A stretch of DNA of 32,000 nt. It comes from an uncultured archaeon (GTDB lineage: Archaea; Iainarchaeota; Iainarchaeia; Iainarchaeales; JAAZKV01). The notes under the pieces are model-generated. The model worked only from the letters and a program-made list of their open reading frames with translations, had not been told where the DNA came from and ran no database searches. The DNA is taken from contig CAZKBG010000002.1 of the NCBI GenBank assembly GCA_964551375.1, positions 15,558 to 47,557 of the forward strand, read 5' to 3'. The position numbers were made by a program, and so were the translations under genes. This document shows, in pieces, positions 24,329 to 32,000 of the stretch (position 1 is the first letter of the stretch; every line of letters begins with the position of its first letter).

Positions 24329-26515
24329 TTACTTTTTTTCAACTGGAACCAAAAGTATTTTTGTTCTTACAATCAAATCTCTTTTTGATGGATTATATAC
24401 AATGCTTTTAGTCAGAGCCTGTGATTTTTGATGAGTTCTTCTTTCAAGCTGGCTTAATTGTTCTTTTGTTTCTTCTCTGATCTTTGAGAGTTTGTTTTTT
24501 ATTTTCAGGCTCTTAAATTTTAATGCCTTAATTTTCTTTTCCAAAACATTGATTCTTGCGGTTTTTTCGGCAAGCCTTTTATTTCCAAACAGCTTTCTGA
24601 CAAATCTTTTTGAATTAATGCCCAAAAGAGCGGTTCTTAAAGAATCAATTTTTTTGTTGTTTAATTTTAGAACGCTTAATATTTTTGTTTGCTTAATCTC
24701 CGACTTTTCAAGCAAAAGGCGTTTTGAATATTCTAAATCTTCTTTCATAAATGAATAATTTAATTTAACAACAGCTCCTCTTTTTTCTTCAATCCCTTTA
24801 GTCACCTTGCTTGAATAAACCTTTTTCTTAAGAGAGCGCTGGCTTTGGGATATTGACTCAAAAATCAGCTTTTTTACGCTTCTTTTTGGATTTAAAACAT
24901 CATAATTATACTTTACAATTTTTTTCCAGTCTGCATTTTGAGGCAATCTGGATTTGGAATTTTTTGCGGACAAATCATAAATAAACGGTTGAGTTGCCGG
25001 AAATATTTTGCCCTTGAAAGGCTTAGGCTCGATGGTAATGCTTAGAAAAGTTTTATACTTTAAAGCGTCTTTTGTTGAAGTGAAAATTTCAGTGGTGTTT
25101 GAATATTTCTGCGATTGTGCTTTTAATCTTTTCAGGACTTTTGATGAATAATCTTTTGGAAGAACAGGAGCTGGCTTTATTTTATCCATTTTTGGTAGTT
25201 TTAACTCTGAAGTTATTTGCGGACGGCTTTTTGCATCATTGACCCACCCGATTTCTTTCTCATTTAAAGGCCCAAAATGATAGCTGTAAACCCACCTTGA
25301 ATGAATTTTGGCATTAATATTTTCAACTGAATTATTATAATAAAAATCCCCTGTGTTAAAACCAAGCAGAGATTGCTTTAGTCCTGTTGTGGAAATTCCA
25401 ATAGCGGTTGAAACTTTTTCAATATCATTATCTGTTCTTAATTTTCCGATAAATCTTGTCCCGATGTTTCCCAATACTTTGTAATCAATATCCCCGGGGT
25501 TCTGCGTGGCTAAAATTATTCCTAATCCAAATGCGCGCGACTGCCGTATCAGCGTTTCAAGAATCTTTTTGCACGGAGGATTTGCGGGAGGCGCAGGAAA
25601 TAAGCCTGCAATCTCATCAATGTAAAGAATATACTTTAATTTTTCAGAGCCTCCTTTGTGCAATAAGAATCTGTAAATTTTGTCAAGAATCTGCTCAACC
25701 GCATACTGTTTGTCTTCAGTAATGCCTGTGAATCTCAAATCAAATACTGAAAGAGTTTTTGGGGCGCACATTTCTTCAATTTGTATGTTGTTTTTTGAAC
25801 GCCACGCCTGCTTTGACGGAGAAGAAAGTATGAGATTTACCGATGAAGCTATTTTTTTCCGTTCAGCTTCTTTTAAAAAATCATCAAGCGAAAGAGTCCC
25901 AAGGTTTTGAAAAGGAGGGTGGATTATCTGTGGTATTAGTGTTTCTAAAGTCAGGTTTTTGCTTTCAAGCCAGCTCTTTAGGATAATTGATGATAAAAGG
26001 GATTTAGACTTTTCTTTGTTGTTTTTAATTTCTGCCAGATTGCAGATTGATTCAGCCAACGGCTCAATAATCATTGTGGCAAGTGTGGGGTCTTTTTCAT
26101 AAGCTTCAATAAAATTTTTTGGGCAGGAAAGATCTGGAATTAAGTTGACTGAAATTCCAATTGAAGATTTTGGAGTGTATATTTTGGTTTTTGTTTCAGA
26201 AAGCTTTTCAAGCCCGCCCAGTTTTGATGAATCAAAATTAGACAAGTAAGTTTTTTGGATTTTTTCAGCGTTTTGCGCAAAAGGACGGAAATCAAAAGTT
26301 TTGCTTACAATTCCAAGCCCCCCTATATCGCCTTTAGGGTCAATTGCAATTATTGGAATTCCGTTTGACAATGCTTCTTCAATAAGCACTTTGCACATAA
26401 CTGTTTTTCCAGAACCCGTAGTTCCAAGAACCGCGGCATGCTGGGTTAAATTATTCAAGTCATAAACTGCTTCTTTTCGGTTTTCAATATTTTTTCCAAT
26501 AAAAGCAGATTTCAT
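24329..26515 (-). CDS. HerA/FtsK-superfamily P-loop ATPase (YjgR/DUF853-like N-terminal ~440 aa) with ~290-aa Lys/Ser-rich, partly coiled-coil C-terminal extension
   Basis: Walker A is 'VLGTTGSGKTV' (about 26402-26425 on +), followed by 'IPIIAIDPKGDIGG'. Walker B is 'YILYIDEIAG'. The block 'ILATQNPGDIDYKVLGNIGTRFIGKL' resembles, from memory, HerA-like YjgR proteins. The C-terminal tail 'KKIKALKFKSLKIKNKLSKIREETKEQLSQLERR' looks like coiled coil. Confidence 0.75.
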   Translation of the reverse strand: MKSAFIGKNIENRKEAVYDLNNLTQHAAVLGTTGSGKTVMCKVLIEEALSNGIPIIAIDPKGDIGGLGIVSKTFDFRPFAQNAEKIQKTYLSNFDSSKLGGLEKLSETKTKIYTPKSSIGISVNLIPDLSCPKNFIEAYEKDPTLATMIIEPLAESICNLAEIKNNKEKSKSLLSSIILKSWLESKNLTLETLIPQIIHPPFQNLGTLSLDDFLKEAERKKIASSVNLILSSPSKQAWRSKNNIQIEEMCAPKTLSVFDLRFTGITEDKQYAVEQILDKIYRFLLHKGGSEKLKYILYIDEIAGLFPAPPANPPCKKILETLIRQSRAFGLGIILATQNPGDIDYKVLGNIGTRFIGKLRTDNDIEKVSTAIGISTTGLKQSLLGFNTGDFYYNNSVENINAKIHSRWVYSYHFGPLNEKEIGWVNDAKSRPQITSELKLPKMDKIKPAPVLPKDYSSKVLKRLKAQSQKYSNTTEIFTSTKDALKYKTFLSITIEPKPFKGKIFPATQPFIYDLSAKNSKSRLPQNADWKKIVKYNYDVLNPKRSVKKLIFESISQSQRSLKKKVYSSKVTKGIEEKRGAVVKLNYSFMKEDLEYSKRLLLEKSEIKQTKILSVLKLNNKKIDSLRTALLGINSKRFVRKLFGNKRLAEKTARINVLEKKIKALKFKSLKIKNKLSKIREETKEQLSQLERRTHQKSQALTKSIVYNPSKRDLIVRTKILLVPVEKK

Positions 26516-26610
26516 ATAAAGGTTTAATTAAAGGAACTTTTAAACATTTGGTTTTGAATTTGCCGGTAATAAAAAGGCGGGAAAAATACTTAAAATAACT
26601 CAATTCTCAA

Positions 26611-27324
26611 TCAGCTTTTGTTTTGGGAAGCGGACCAGATTCTAAAAGCATCTTTATTGCCTTCATTAAACTCGTACTGCATAAAAGTCTGGGTGGAAGT
26701 CAGTACCCTCTGTAAATCAGCTTCATTTGCTCCGGCTGATTTCATGAAATTGTACTGCGTGTACGCGCAGTCAGCTTCGGAAAACGAAGTGTTTGTATTA
26801 TTTGCAAAAGCATGGCAGGCTTCATGAATTACAATTCCCGCAACATATTCATTAGAGCCTGAAAAAACCGCAATCAAAGTCTTGTCTCCCGTCTGTTTTC
26901 CTGAATAAAGCATTCCGGGATCTGTGGCATAAACTGTTGAAAGATTATCAAGCACAAAGCGGGTGTAATTACAGTCTTTGGCTTCAATAAATGTTAAAAC
27001 TTCAACAAGCTTATTTCGATACATTGAGTCGCCTGTGAGAGCGATTGAATTTGTGCCGCATTTTGACGAAGCAAATGTGTTGTTTTGAAAATATGAAGCG
27101 TATAAAATTACTGAAACTATTATCACTAAGAAAAGAACAATCCCTGCTGTGATTAGCATCAAGCTCATTGAACTTGACTTTTTGTCGCCGTAAACTTTAT
27201 TCACAATAGGCTCCACTTTGGCTTTTGCTTCAGGGCCGAACTCCGCCTCAATCTTAAGAAGAATATTTTTCTTAGTCATTCCTGCCTTGATGTACAAATC
27301 AAGCTTTTCTTCAATTGAAGTCAT
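26611..27324 (-). CDS. Membrane-anchored protein with extracytoplasmic HExxH motif (putative zinc metallopeptidase-like domain)
   Basis: A cytoplasmic helical N-terminus is followed by the TM 'LMLITAGIVLFLVIIVSVILYASYF'. The ectodomain has 5 Cys and 'AGIVIHEACHAF' (HExxH at about 26812-26826 on +). A single short motif is the only functional evidence. Confidence 0.5.
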   Translation of the reverse strand: MTSIEEKLDLYIKAGMTKKNILLKIEAEFGPEAKAKVEPIVNKVYGDKKSSSMSLMLITAGIVLFLVIIVSVILYASYFQNNTFASSKCGTNSIALTGDSMYRNKLVEVLTFIEAKDCNYTRFVLDNLSTVYATDPGMLYSGKQTGDKTLIAVFSGSNEYVAGIVIHEACHAFANNTNTSFSEADCAYTQYNFMKSAGANEADLQRVLTSTQTFMQYEFNEGNKDAFRIWSASQNKS

Positions 27325-27401
27325 GTTAGGTTAGTAAGGAATTGGCGAATAAATGCTTTTTGATGGGGCAAAAACGGAAAGCTTTCAAAATTCAATAAAT
27401 A

Positions 27402-27413
27402 CCTTTATAAAGG
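27402..27413. promoter_or_regulatory. Palindromic TATA-like element 'CCTTTATAAAGG' in a divergent intergenic region
   Basis: Perfect 12-bp palindrome between the divergent starts at 27324 (-) and 27481 (+). It resembles an archaeal TATA box readable on both strands. A similar 'ttataaagg' occurs at 9410-9418 in another divergent spacer. Confidence 0.35.
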
Positions 27414-27480
27414 TTTATAGACGCAAGTATTGTATAAACTGCTTTTAGAAAGTGCCTTTGAAGTTAAGTGTTGGGGTTTT

Positions 27481-28224
27481 ATGAATCATTATAAAGAAAT
27501 TGAAGGATTGCCAATAAGCATGATAAGCGAAAGAACAAGATTTAATGTACCAAATGGGCCTGTTAACAACAATCTTCCTATTGAAGACAAGAAAACAGGA
27601 ACAACAACTGTTGGAATTATAGGAACTGATTTTGTTTTGCTTGCAGCAGACCAGCAGGCAACAATGGGTTATATGGCTGCAGATGACGACGCTGTTAAAA
27701 TTTACAAAATAACAAACAATGTTGCTTTGACTATATCAGGCGCTGTGGGCGATTCGCTTGCAGTTATAAGATTTTTAAAAGCGCAGGCAAATTTATACGA
27801 AGTTGAAAGAGAAACAAAAATCACTCCTAAAGCTTTGACTTCATTAATGTCAAATGTCTTGAACGGAAACAGATATTATCCTTTCATATTCATGCCAATA
27901 GTGGGCGGAGTAAATTCAAGACCAGAACTATACGAAGTGACTCCATTTGGATGCATTTCTGAAAAGAAAAAATACGCTGTGACAGGATCAGGAACAGAAT
28001 ATGCAATTTCAACCCTTGACGTTGATTACAAAGAAGGAATGACTGAAGATGAAGCCCTTGCACTTGCAATAAAAGCAATAAGCATTTCAAGAAACAGAGA
28101 TATTAACACAGGCGGACGAAGCATAACAGTTGCAATAATAGACAAAGACGGATACCGACAGGTTGACGAGAAAGAAGTCGACAAAGTAATGTCAAAGATA
28201 AAGCTGAACTTTTCAAAGAAGTAA
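27481..28224 (+). CDS. psmB: Proteasome subunit beta (with ~40-aa propeptide)
   Basis: The autoprocessing/active-site signature 'KKTG|TTTVGIIGTDFVLLAAD' is present, with the family-typical 'GSGTEYA'. I prefer ATG 27481 over the ORF-track TTG at 27430. Confidence 0.88.
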   Translation: MNHYKEIEGLPISMISERTRFNVPNGPVNNNLPIEDKKTGTTTVGIIGTDFVLLAADQQATMGYMAADDDAVKIYKITNNVALTISGAVGDSLAVIRFLKAQANLYEVERETKITPKALTSLMSNVLNGNRYYPFIFMPIVGGVNSRPELYEVTPFGCISEKKKYAVTGSGTEYAISTLDVDYKEGMTEDEALALAIKAISISRNRDINTGGRSITVAIIDKDGYRQVDEKEVDKVMSKIKLNFSKK

Positions 28225-28301
28225 CTTTCTTAATGAACCACAGATGGCCCGAATGACATTAATGCTAAAATAGAAATTGAATTGTTTAATTGTTTTTTCG
28301 A

Positions 28302-28325
28302 AAAAGGCAGTAATGCCTTTTTTAT
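28302..28325 (+). terminator. Hairpin plus T-tract downstream of psmB
   Basis: 'aaaaggca-gtaa-tgcctttt' is followed by 'ttatt', about 78 nt after the psmB stop. Confidence 0.45.
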
Positions 28326-28384
28326 TAAAATAAAACAGCACTTTGCTCACTTAAAACAAGAATTGTTTTTAGAAAACCTTTTTT

Positions 28385-28536
28385 CTAAAAGGTAACTGAC
28401 AAAAATAAGTAAAATAACAAAAACAACAATGATAAAAAATTAACAAGGATAAAGAAAACAAAATAATAAAATAGAAAATATGAAACACAAAAACAATAAA
28501 ATGAAAAAATACAAAAAATCAAGAGGGTTTGATTAA
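28385..28536 (+). other. About 150-nt A-rich, T-poor low-complexity tract directly upstream of the aCPSF1 gene
   Basis: 'aaaataagtaaaataacaaaaacaacaatgataaaaaattaacaaggataaagaaaacaaaataataaaatagaaaatatgaaacacaaaaacaataaaatgaaaaaatacaaaaaatcaagaggg'. The strand asymmetry is obvious by eye. The tract contains the SD-like 'agaggg'. Confidence 0.6.
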
Positions 28537-30441
28537 ATGGTACAAAAAATAAAAATATTAGATGATATAAACGAAACAGTAAAAAGACTAGTTCCCGGAA
28601 GCGCAGGAATAACAAAAATTGAAATGGAAGGGCCTGAAGTAGTTATTTACACAAAAAGCCCGGAAGCATTTTTCGGCGTTGAAAATTATGTTTCAAAAAT
28701 TGCATTTGAACTTAAAAAAAGAGTTAACATAAGAACAGACAAATCCCTGCTTTCAAACCCAGAACAGGCAAAGAAAAAAATACTTGAGCTTGTTCCAAAA
28801 GAAGCAGAGGTAAGAGATGTTTATTTTGAAGAGCCTTTCAGCGAAGTTGTAATTGAAGCGGTGAAAAAAGGGCTTGTAATCGGAAAAGGCGGAGAATTAT
28901 CCAAAAGAATAATAATGGAAACCGGATGGACTCCAAGAATATTAAGAGCTCCGACAACAAAATCAGAAATACTTAACGGAATAAGAAAACATTTATTCAA
29001 GCACGCTGATGAAAGAAAAAAATTCTTATTAAAAACAGCTGAAAAGATTTACGGCGATAAAAGAGAATCAAACCACAAGTGGATACGCTTAATCGCTCTT
29101 GGCGGGTATAGAGAAGTTGGAAGAAGCTGCATGCTTTTAGAAACAGAAAACACAAAAGTTCTTCTTGATGCGGGATTAAACCACAGCTCTGATGATCCAT
29201 ATCCTTACATTGACGCTTTAGGATATCCGTTAAGCGAACTTGACGCAATTGTAATATCGCACGCGCACTCAGACCACACAGGAACTCTTCCTTTCTTATT
29301 CAAAATGGGGTATGACGGGCCTGTGTACTGCACTGAACCTACAAGAGACTTAATGACACTGCTTCAGTTTGACTTTTTGGACGTGAGCGTATCGCAGGAA
29401 AAAACTGCGCCTTATTCAGAAGCTGATGTAAAAAACACATTAATGCACACAATAACAAGAGACTATCGTGAAGTGACTGACATTGCTCCGGATATGAGAC
29501 TAACTCTTCACAACGCATCGCACATTTTAGGCTCTGCTTCGGTTCACTTAAATATAGGCGAAGGAGCGCACAACTTGGTTTACGGCGCGGACATAAAATT
29601 CGGCGCGACAAGATTATTTGACAATATTGACATTAAGTATCCAAGAATGGAAACACTTATTGTTGAAAGCACATACGGCTCAAAAGACGCAATACAAATG
29701 CCTAGACAAGCCGCTGAAAATAAATTAATTGAAATAATTCAGGAGACAACTCAATTCGGCGGAAATGTATTAATTCCTGTATTTGGAGTTGGAAGAGGAC
29801 AGGAAATATGCATGGTAATTGAAGATGCTTATAAGAAAGGACTTCTTTCTGAAAAGAACAGCATTTACGTTGAAGGAATGGTAAAAGAAGCAAGCGCAAT
29901 ACACACAGCGTACCCTGAATATTTAAGACAGAGCCTTGAAAAGAGAATTTTGACAAATGATTCTCCGTTTGATTCTCCAATATTTAAGGAAGTTAAAAAA
30001 GAAGACAGGGAAAAAATCTGCAACGGAAGCGGGAACGTAATATTATCCACTTCAGGAATGATGAACGGCGGTCCTGTGATAGAATACTTCTACAAAATGG
30101 CTGAAAACCCCGCAAATACTTTGGTGTTTGTTGGTTACCTTGCTGAAGGAACATTCGGAAGAAAAATACAACAGGGACTAAAGAGCATGCCAATAAGCGA
30201 TAATGGCAAAACAAAAAAACTTGATGTTAAAATGAGAATTGAAACAATAGACGGATTCAGCGGACACGCTGATTTCAACGAGCTTGTATCATACGTTGCA
30301 TCGCTAAAGCCAAAGCCAAAAAAAATACTGGTAAACCACGGCGACCCGACAAGAAGCGTTGAGTTTTCAAAATACTGCGCGGCAAAATTCGGAATAAGCA
30401 GCTCAGCTATTAGAAACCTTGAAGCAGTAAGATTCAAGTAA
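28537..30441 (+). CDS. fttA: Archaeal CPSF1-type beta-CASP ribonuclease (KH domains, metallo-beta-lactamase, beta-CASP); transcription termination factor aCPSF1/FttA
   Basis: The 634-aa length fits. The N-terminal KH region includes 'ITKIEMEGPEVVIYTKSPEAFFG' and 'GLVIGKGGE'. The MBL motif is 'ISHAHSDHTG', followed by a C-terminal beta-CASP region ending '...GFSGHADFNELVSYV...LVNHGD'. Confidence 0.9.
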   Translation: MVQKIKILDDINETVKRLVPGSAGITKIEMEGPEVVIYTKSPEAFFGVENYVSKIAFELKKRVNIRTDKSLLSNPEQAKKKILELVPKEAEVRDVYFEEPFSEVVIEAVKKGLVIGKGGELSKRIIMETGWTPRILRAPTTKSEILNGIRKHLFKHADERKKFLLKTAEKIYGDKRESNHKWIRLIALGGYREVGRSCMLLETENTKVLLDAGLNHSSDDPYPYIDALGYPLSELDAIVISHAHSDHTGTLPFLFKMGYDGPVYCTEPTRDLMTLLQFDFLDVSVSQEKTAPYSEADVKNTLMHTITRDYREVTDIAPDMRLTLHNASHILGSASVHLNIGEGAHNLVYGADIKFGATRLFDNIDIKYPRMETLIVESTYGSKDAIQMPRQAAENKLIEIIQETTQFGGNVLIPVFGVGRGQEICMVIEDAYKKGLLSEKNSIYVEGMVKEASAIHTAYPEYLRQSLEKRILTNDSPFDSPIFKEVKKEDREKICNGSGNVILSTSGMMNGGPVIEYFYKMAENPANTLVFVGYLAEGTFGRKIQQGLKSMPISDNGKTKKLDVKMRIETIDGFSGHADFNELVSYVASLKPKPKKILVNHGDPTRSVEFSKYCAAKFGISSSAIRNLEAVRFK

Positions 30442-30476
30442 GAGCTTTGAGAAAAAGCAATCCTGATTAATTTGTT

Positions 30477-30510
30477 TTGCAGCAAAAAATGCTGCAAAAA
30501 TATTTTTTTG
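30477..30510 (+). terminator. Hairpin plus oligo-T downstream of aCPSF1
   Basis: 'ttgcagca-aaaaa-tgctgcaa' has 8-bp perfect arms (30477-30497). It is followed by 'aaatattttttt'. Confidence 0.5.
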
Positions 30511-30579
30511 CCAAAGTCTTGCTTTTAGCATCAACAAAGCTGGTTTTAAATATCAGTTTGATGCTATGATTCAATTAGC

Positions 30580-31257
30580 ATGGTTTTTTTAGATAAGTTT
30601 GACAAGTTGCTTTTATTATTTCTAGTTTTTGTGGTAGGAATATTTTTTGCCACGGCGGTAGATATCGACCCAAACATTCCAAGCCATCAATTCTCGCAGA
30701 TTGCGGTTGGAGTGGAGAGAGTGGTGAATGACAATAATATTTTGTTAGCAAAATTCGGGGGAACAGGCGTAGCAACATGCCCTGACGGAACTGTTTTGAT
30801 TTGGAATAATGTTTCTGGAACTTGGATTTGCGGAAGCGGAGTTCCAGGACCGCAAGGTCCTGCAGGCGTTCAAGGTCCGCAAGGACCAGTTGGTGCGACA
30901 GGCGCAACAGGCCCTACAGGATATGCTGGAGCTACTGGTCCTCCTGGTCCGCAAGGAGCTCAAGGCCCTACTGGACCAATTGGTCCAAACGGCGCTACTG
31001 GCCCTGCCGGTCCAACAGGCGCGACAGGAGCACGGGGACCAACAGGAGCTACTGGCCCTGCCGGTCCAATGGGTTCGCCAACTTTTTGCTATTATGAAGG
31101 AGTAGCGTGGGGAATTGGGATGTCTTGCTTTGCGGGAAATCAATCTCCGGCTGCAACAACATCTTATGGAAATCTTATCCAATGTACAACAGGCGGATGG
31201 ACAAGCGGCTCAAGGGTATACGGTCCCGGAGGATACACAGCATATCCAATATGCTGA
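30580..31257 (+). CDS. Collagen-like (GXY repeat) secreted/anchored protein, paralog 1
   Basis: The N-terminal hydrophobic segment is '[18 protein letters not shown]'. A conserved head domain contains '...[27 protein letters not shown]'. 26 uninterrupted G-X-Y triplets span 30838-31074 ('[28 protein letters not shown]...'). The C-terminal domain has 4 Cys and ends 'YPIC'. Confidence 0.85.
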   Translation: MVFLDKFDKLLLLFLVFVVGIFFATAVDIDPNIPSHQFSQIAVGVERVVNDNNILLAKFGGTGVATCPDGTVLIWNNVSGTWICGSGVPGPQGPAGVQGPQGPVGATGATGPTGYAGATGPPGPQGAQGPTGPIGPNGATGPAGPTGATGARGPTGATGPAGPMGSPTFCYYEGVAWGIGMSCFAGNQSPAATTSYGNLIQCTTGGWTSGSRVYGPGGYTAYPIC

Positions 31258-31305
31258 TATTAAAATTAAAAATTAAAAGTATTATTTATAGTGTTGGTTA
31301 TTTTT

Positions 31306-31995
31306 ATGGCAATGTTTGGAAATTTTAGCAAAATCGTTCTGATTTTTTTTGTGCTTGTGCTAAGCGTAGTATTTGTCGTTTCGACTGATGTGGTTATATC
31401 AAAACCTTATCATCAGTTTTCTGCAATAGCTGTCGGGATTGAAAAAGTTGCAGACAACAGCAATATACTTTTGGCAAAGTTTGGAGGAACAGGGCTGGTT
31501 AATTGCCCTGACAAAAATGTTTTGGTTTGGAATAATGTTTCAGGCACTTGGATTTGCGGAAATCCTCCTGCAGGAGTGCAGGGGCCTATGGGTCCGCAGG
31601 GGCCAGCGGGCATAGCAGGTCCGCAAGGACCAGTTGGCGCGACAGGCGCTACTGGAGCTAACGGCGCAACAGGTCCTCCAGGCGCCACAGGAGCAAGAGG
31701 ACCAACAGGTCCTGCAAATACCACTACTGGTCCACAAGGGCCAAAGGGATCTACTGGTGCAACAGGCGCTGCAGGTCCTGCTGGTGCAACAGGTCCGCAA
31801 GGCCCGGCGTTAGTAAGAGTAACATGCACTTACAATGGAAGACTTTACAGTCCAGGAGCAAAATGTTTTACAGGAAGCTGTCCTATTGCTACTACAAGCT
31901 CGGGACAATTAATTACCTGCAACTCCAACGGGACTTGGAGTTCGCCGACAACAGTATACGGCTGGGGAAATTCATGCCAGTATTCAATATGTTAA
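31306..31995 (+). CDS. Collagen-like (GXY repeat) secreted/anchored protein, paralog 2
   Basis: Architecture and head/tail motifs match paralog 1 ('[13 protein letters not shown]...[32 protein letters not shown]', tail ending 'YSIC'). The G-X-Y tract spans 31573-31809 with one interruption ('[10 protein letters not shown]'). The ORF is open from GTG 31291. I prefer ATG 31306 by alignment with paralog 1. The stop is 5 nt before the window end. Confidence 0.85.
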   Translation: MAMFGNFSKIVLIFFVLVLSVVFVVSTDVVISKPYHQFSAIAVGIEKVADNSNILLAKFGGTGLVNCPDKNVLVWNNVSGTWICGNPPAGVQGPMGPQGPAGIAGPQGPVGATGATGANGATGPPGATGARGPTGPANTTTGPQGPKGSTGATGAAGPAGATGPQGPALVRVTCTYNGRLYSPGAKCFTGSCPIATTSSGQLITCNSNGTWSSPTTVYGWGNSCQYSIC

Positions 31996-32000
31996 TATTT

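Noticed and set aside
27430-27480. TTG start at 27430 extending the proteasome beta subunit by 17 aa ('MYKLLLESAFEVKCWGF')
   Set aside because: ATG 27481 gives a plausible propeptide and leaves room for a promoter after the palindromic TATA-like box. The extension has no support, and the true start remains unverified.
28385-28615. 76-aa F/L-rich minus-strand ORF
   Set aside because: It is the reverse complement of the A-rich tract plus the 5' end of aCPSF1, a compositional artefact.
30745-31829. Five alternative-frame or antisense ORFs (30745-31182 -, 30809-31105 +, 30822-31097 +, 31413-31829 -, 31540-31800 -) across the collagen-like genes
   Set aside because: GC-rich GXY-coding DNA is stop-poor in all frames. 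Only the annotated frames give perfect Gly-X-Y periodicity with conserved flanking domains in both paralogs.

Overview
This is an AT-rich archaeal chromosomal segment (roughly 35-40% GC by eye, not computed). It most likely comes from a small-genome DPANN-type archaeon, which is inference.

Archaeal hallmarks read directly from the sequence:
- aCPSF1/FttA with KH, metallo-beta-lactamase and beta-CASP regions (28537-30441)
- a proteasome beta subunit with a G|TTTVG processing site (27481-28224)
- the radical-SAM wyosine enzyme Taw1/TYW1 (21566-22531)
- a tRNA-Tyr(GUA) with C1:G72, A73 and a 105-nt intron at position 37/38 (24151-24328)
- a tRNA-Thr(UGU) (6350-6422)
- a CxxC-x17-CxxC zinc-ribbon protein (9057-9299)
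- GGTG-type Shine-Dalgarno sequences and TATA-like promoter boxes

These housekeeping genes are interleaved with a large amount of envelope and surface coding capacity:
- a 5'-truncated Ig-like repeat protein with near-perfect internal DNA repeats (3-3314), followed by two membrane-anchored secreted proteins
- a split membrane-module plus dCache-HAMP-PAS sensor with no output domain (6603-8833)
- a pair of giant, N-terminally anchored ORFs of 2123 and 1743 aa (9930-21520). They share a homologous C-terminal module, and one carries a roughly 400-aa helical insert with a hydrophobic core.
- a HerA/YjgR-like P-loop ATPase with a long Lys-rich tail, next to a membrane-anchored HExxH protein (24329-27324)
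- two tandem collagen-like (GXY) paralogs (30580-31995)

I saw no CRISPR array, rRNA, transposase or integrase.

The best candidate for an undescribed system is the giant-ORF pair, a possible cell-contact or membrane-acting apparatus. The collagen-like pair and the ATPase/HExxH pair are secondary candidates. All functional readings of these are inference and need structure prediction and homology searches.
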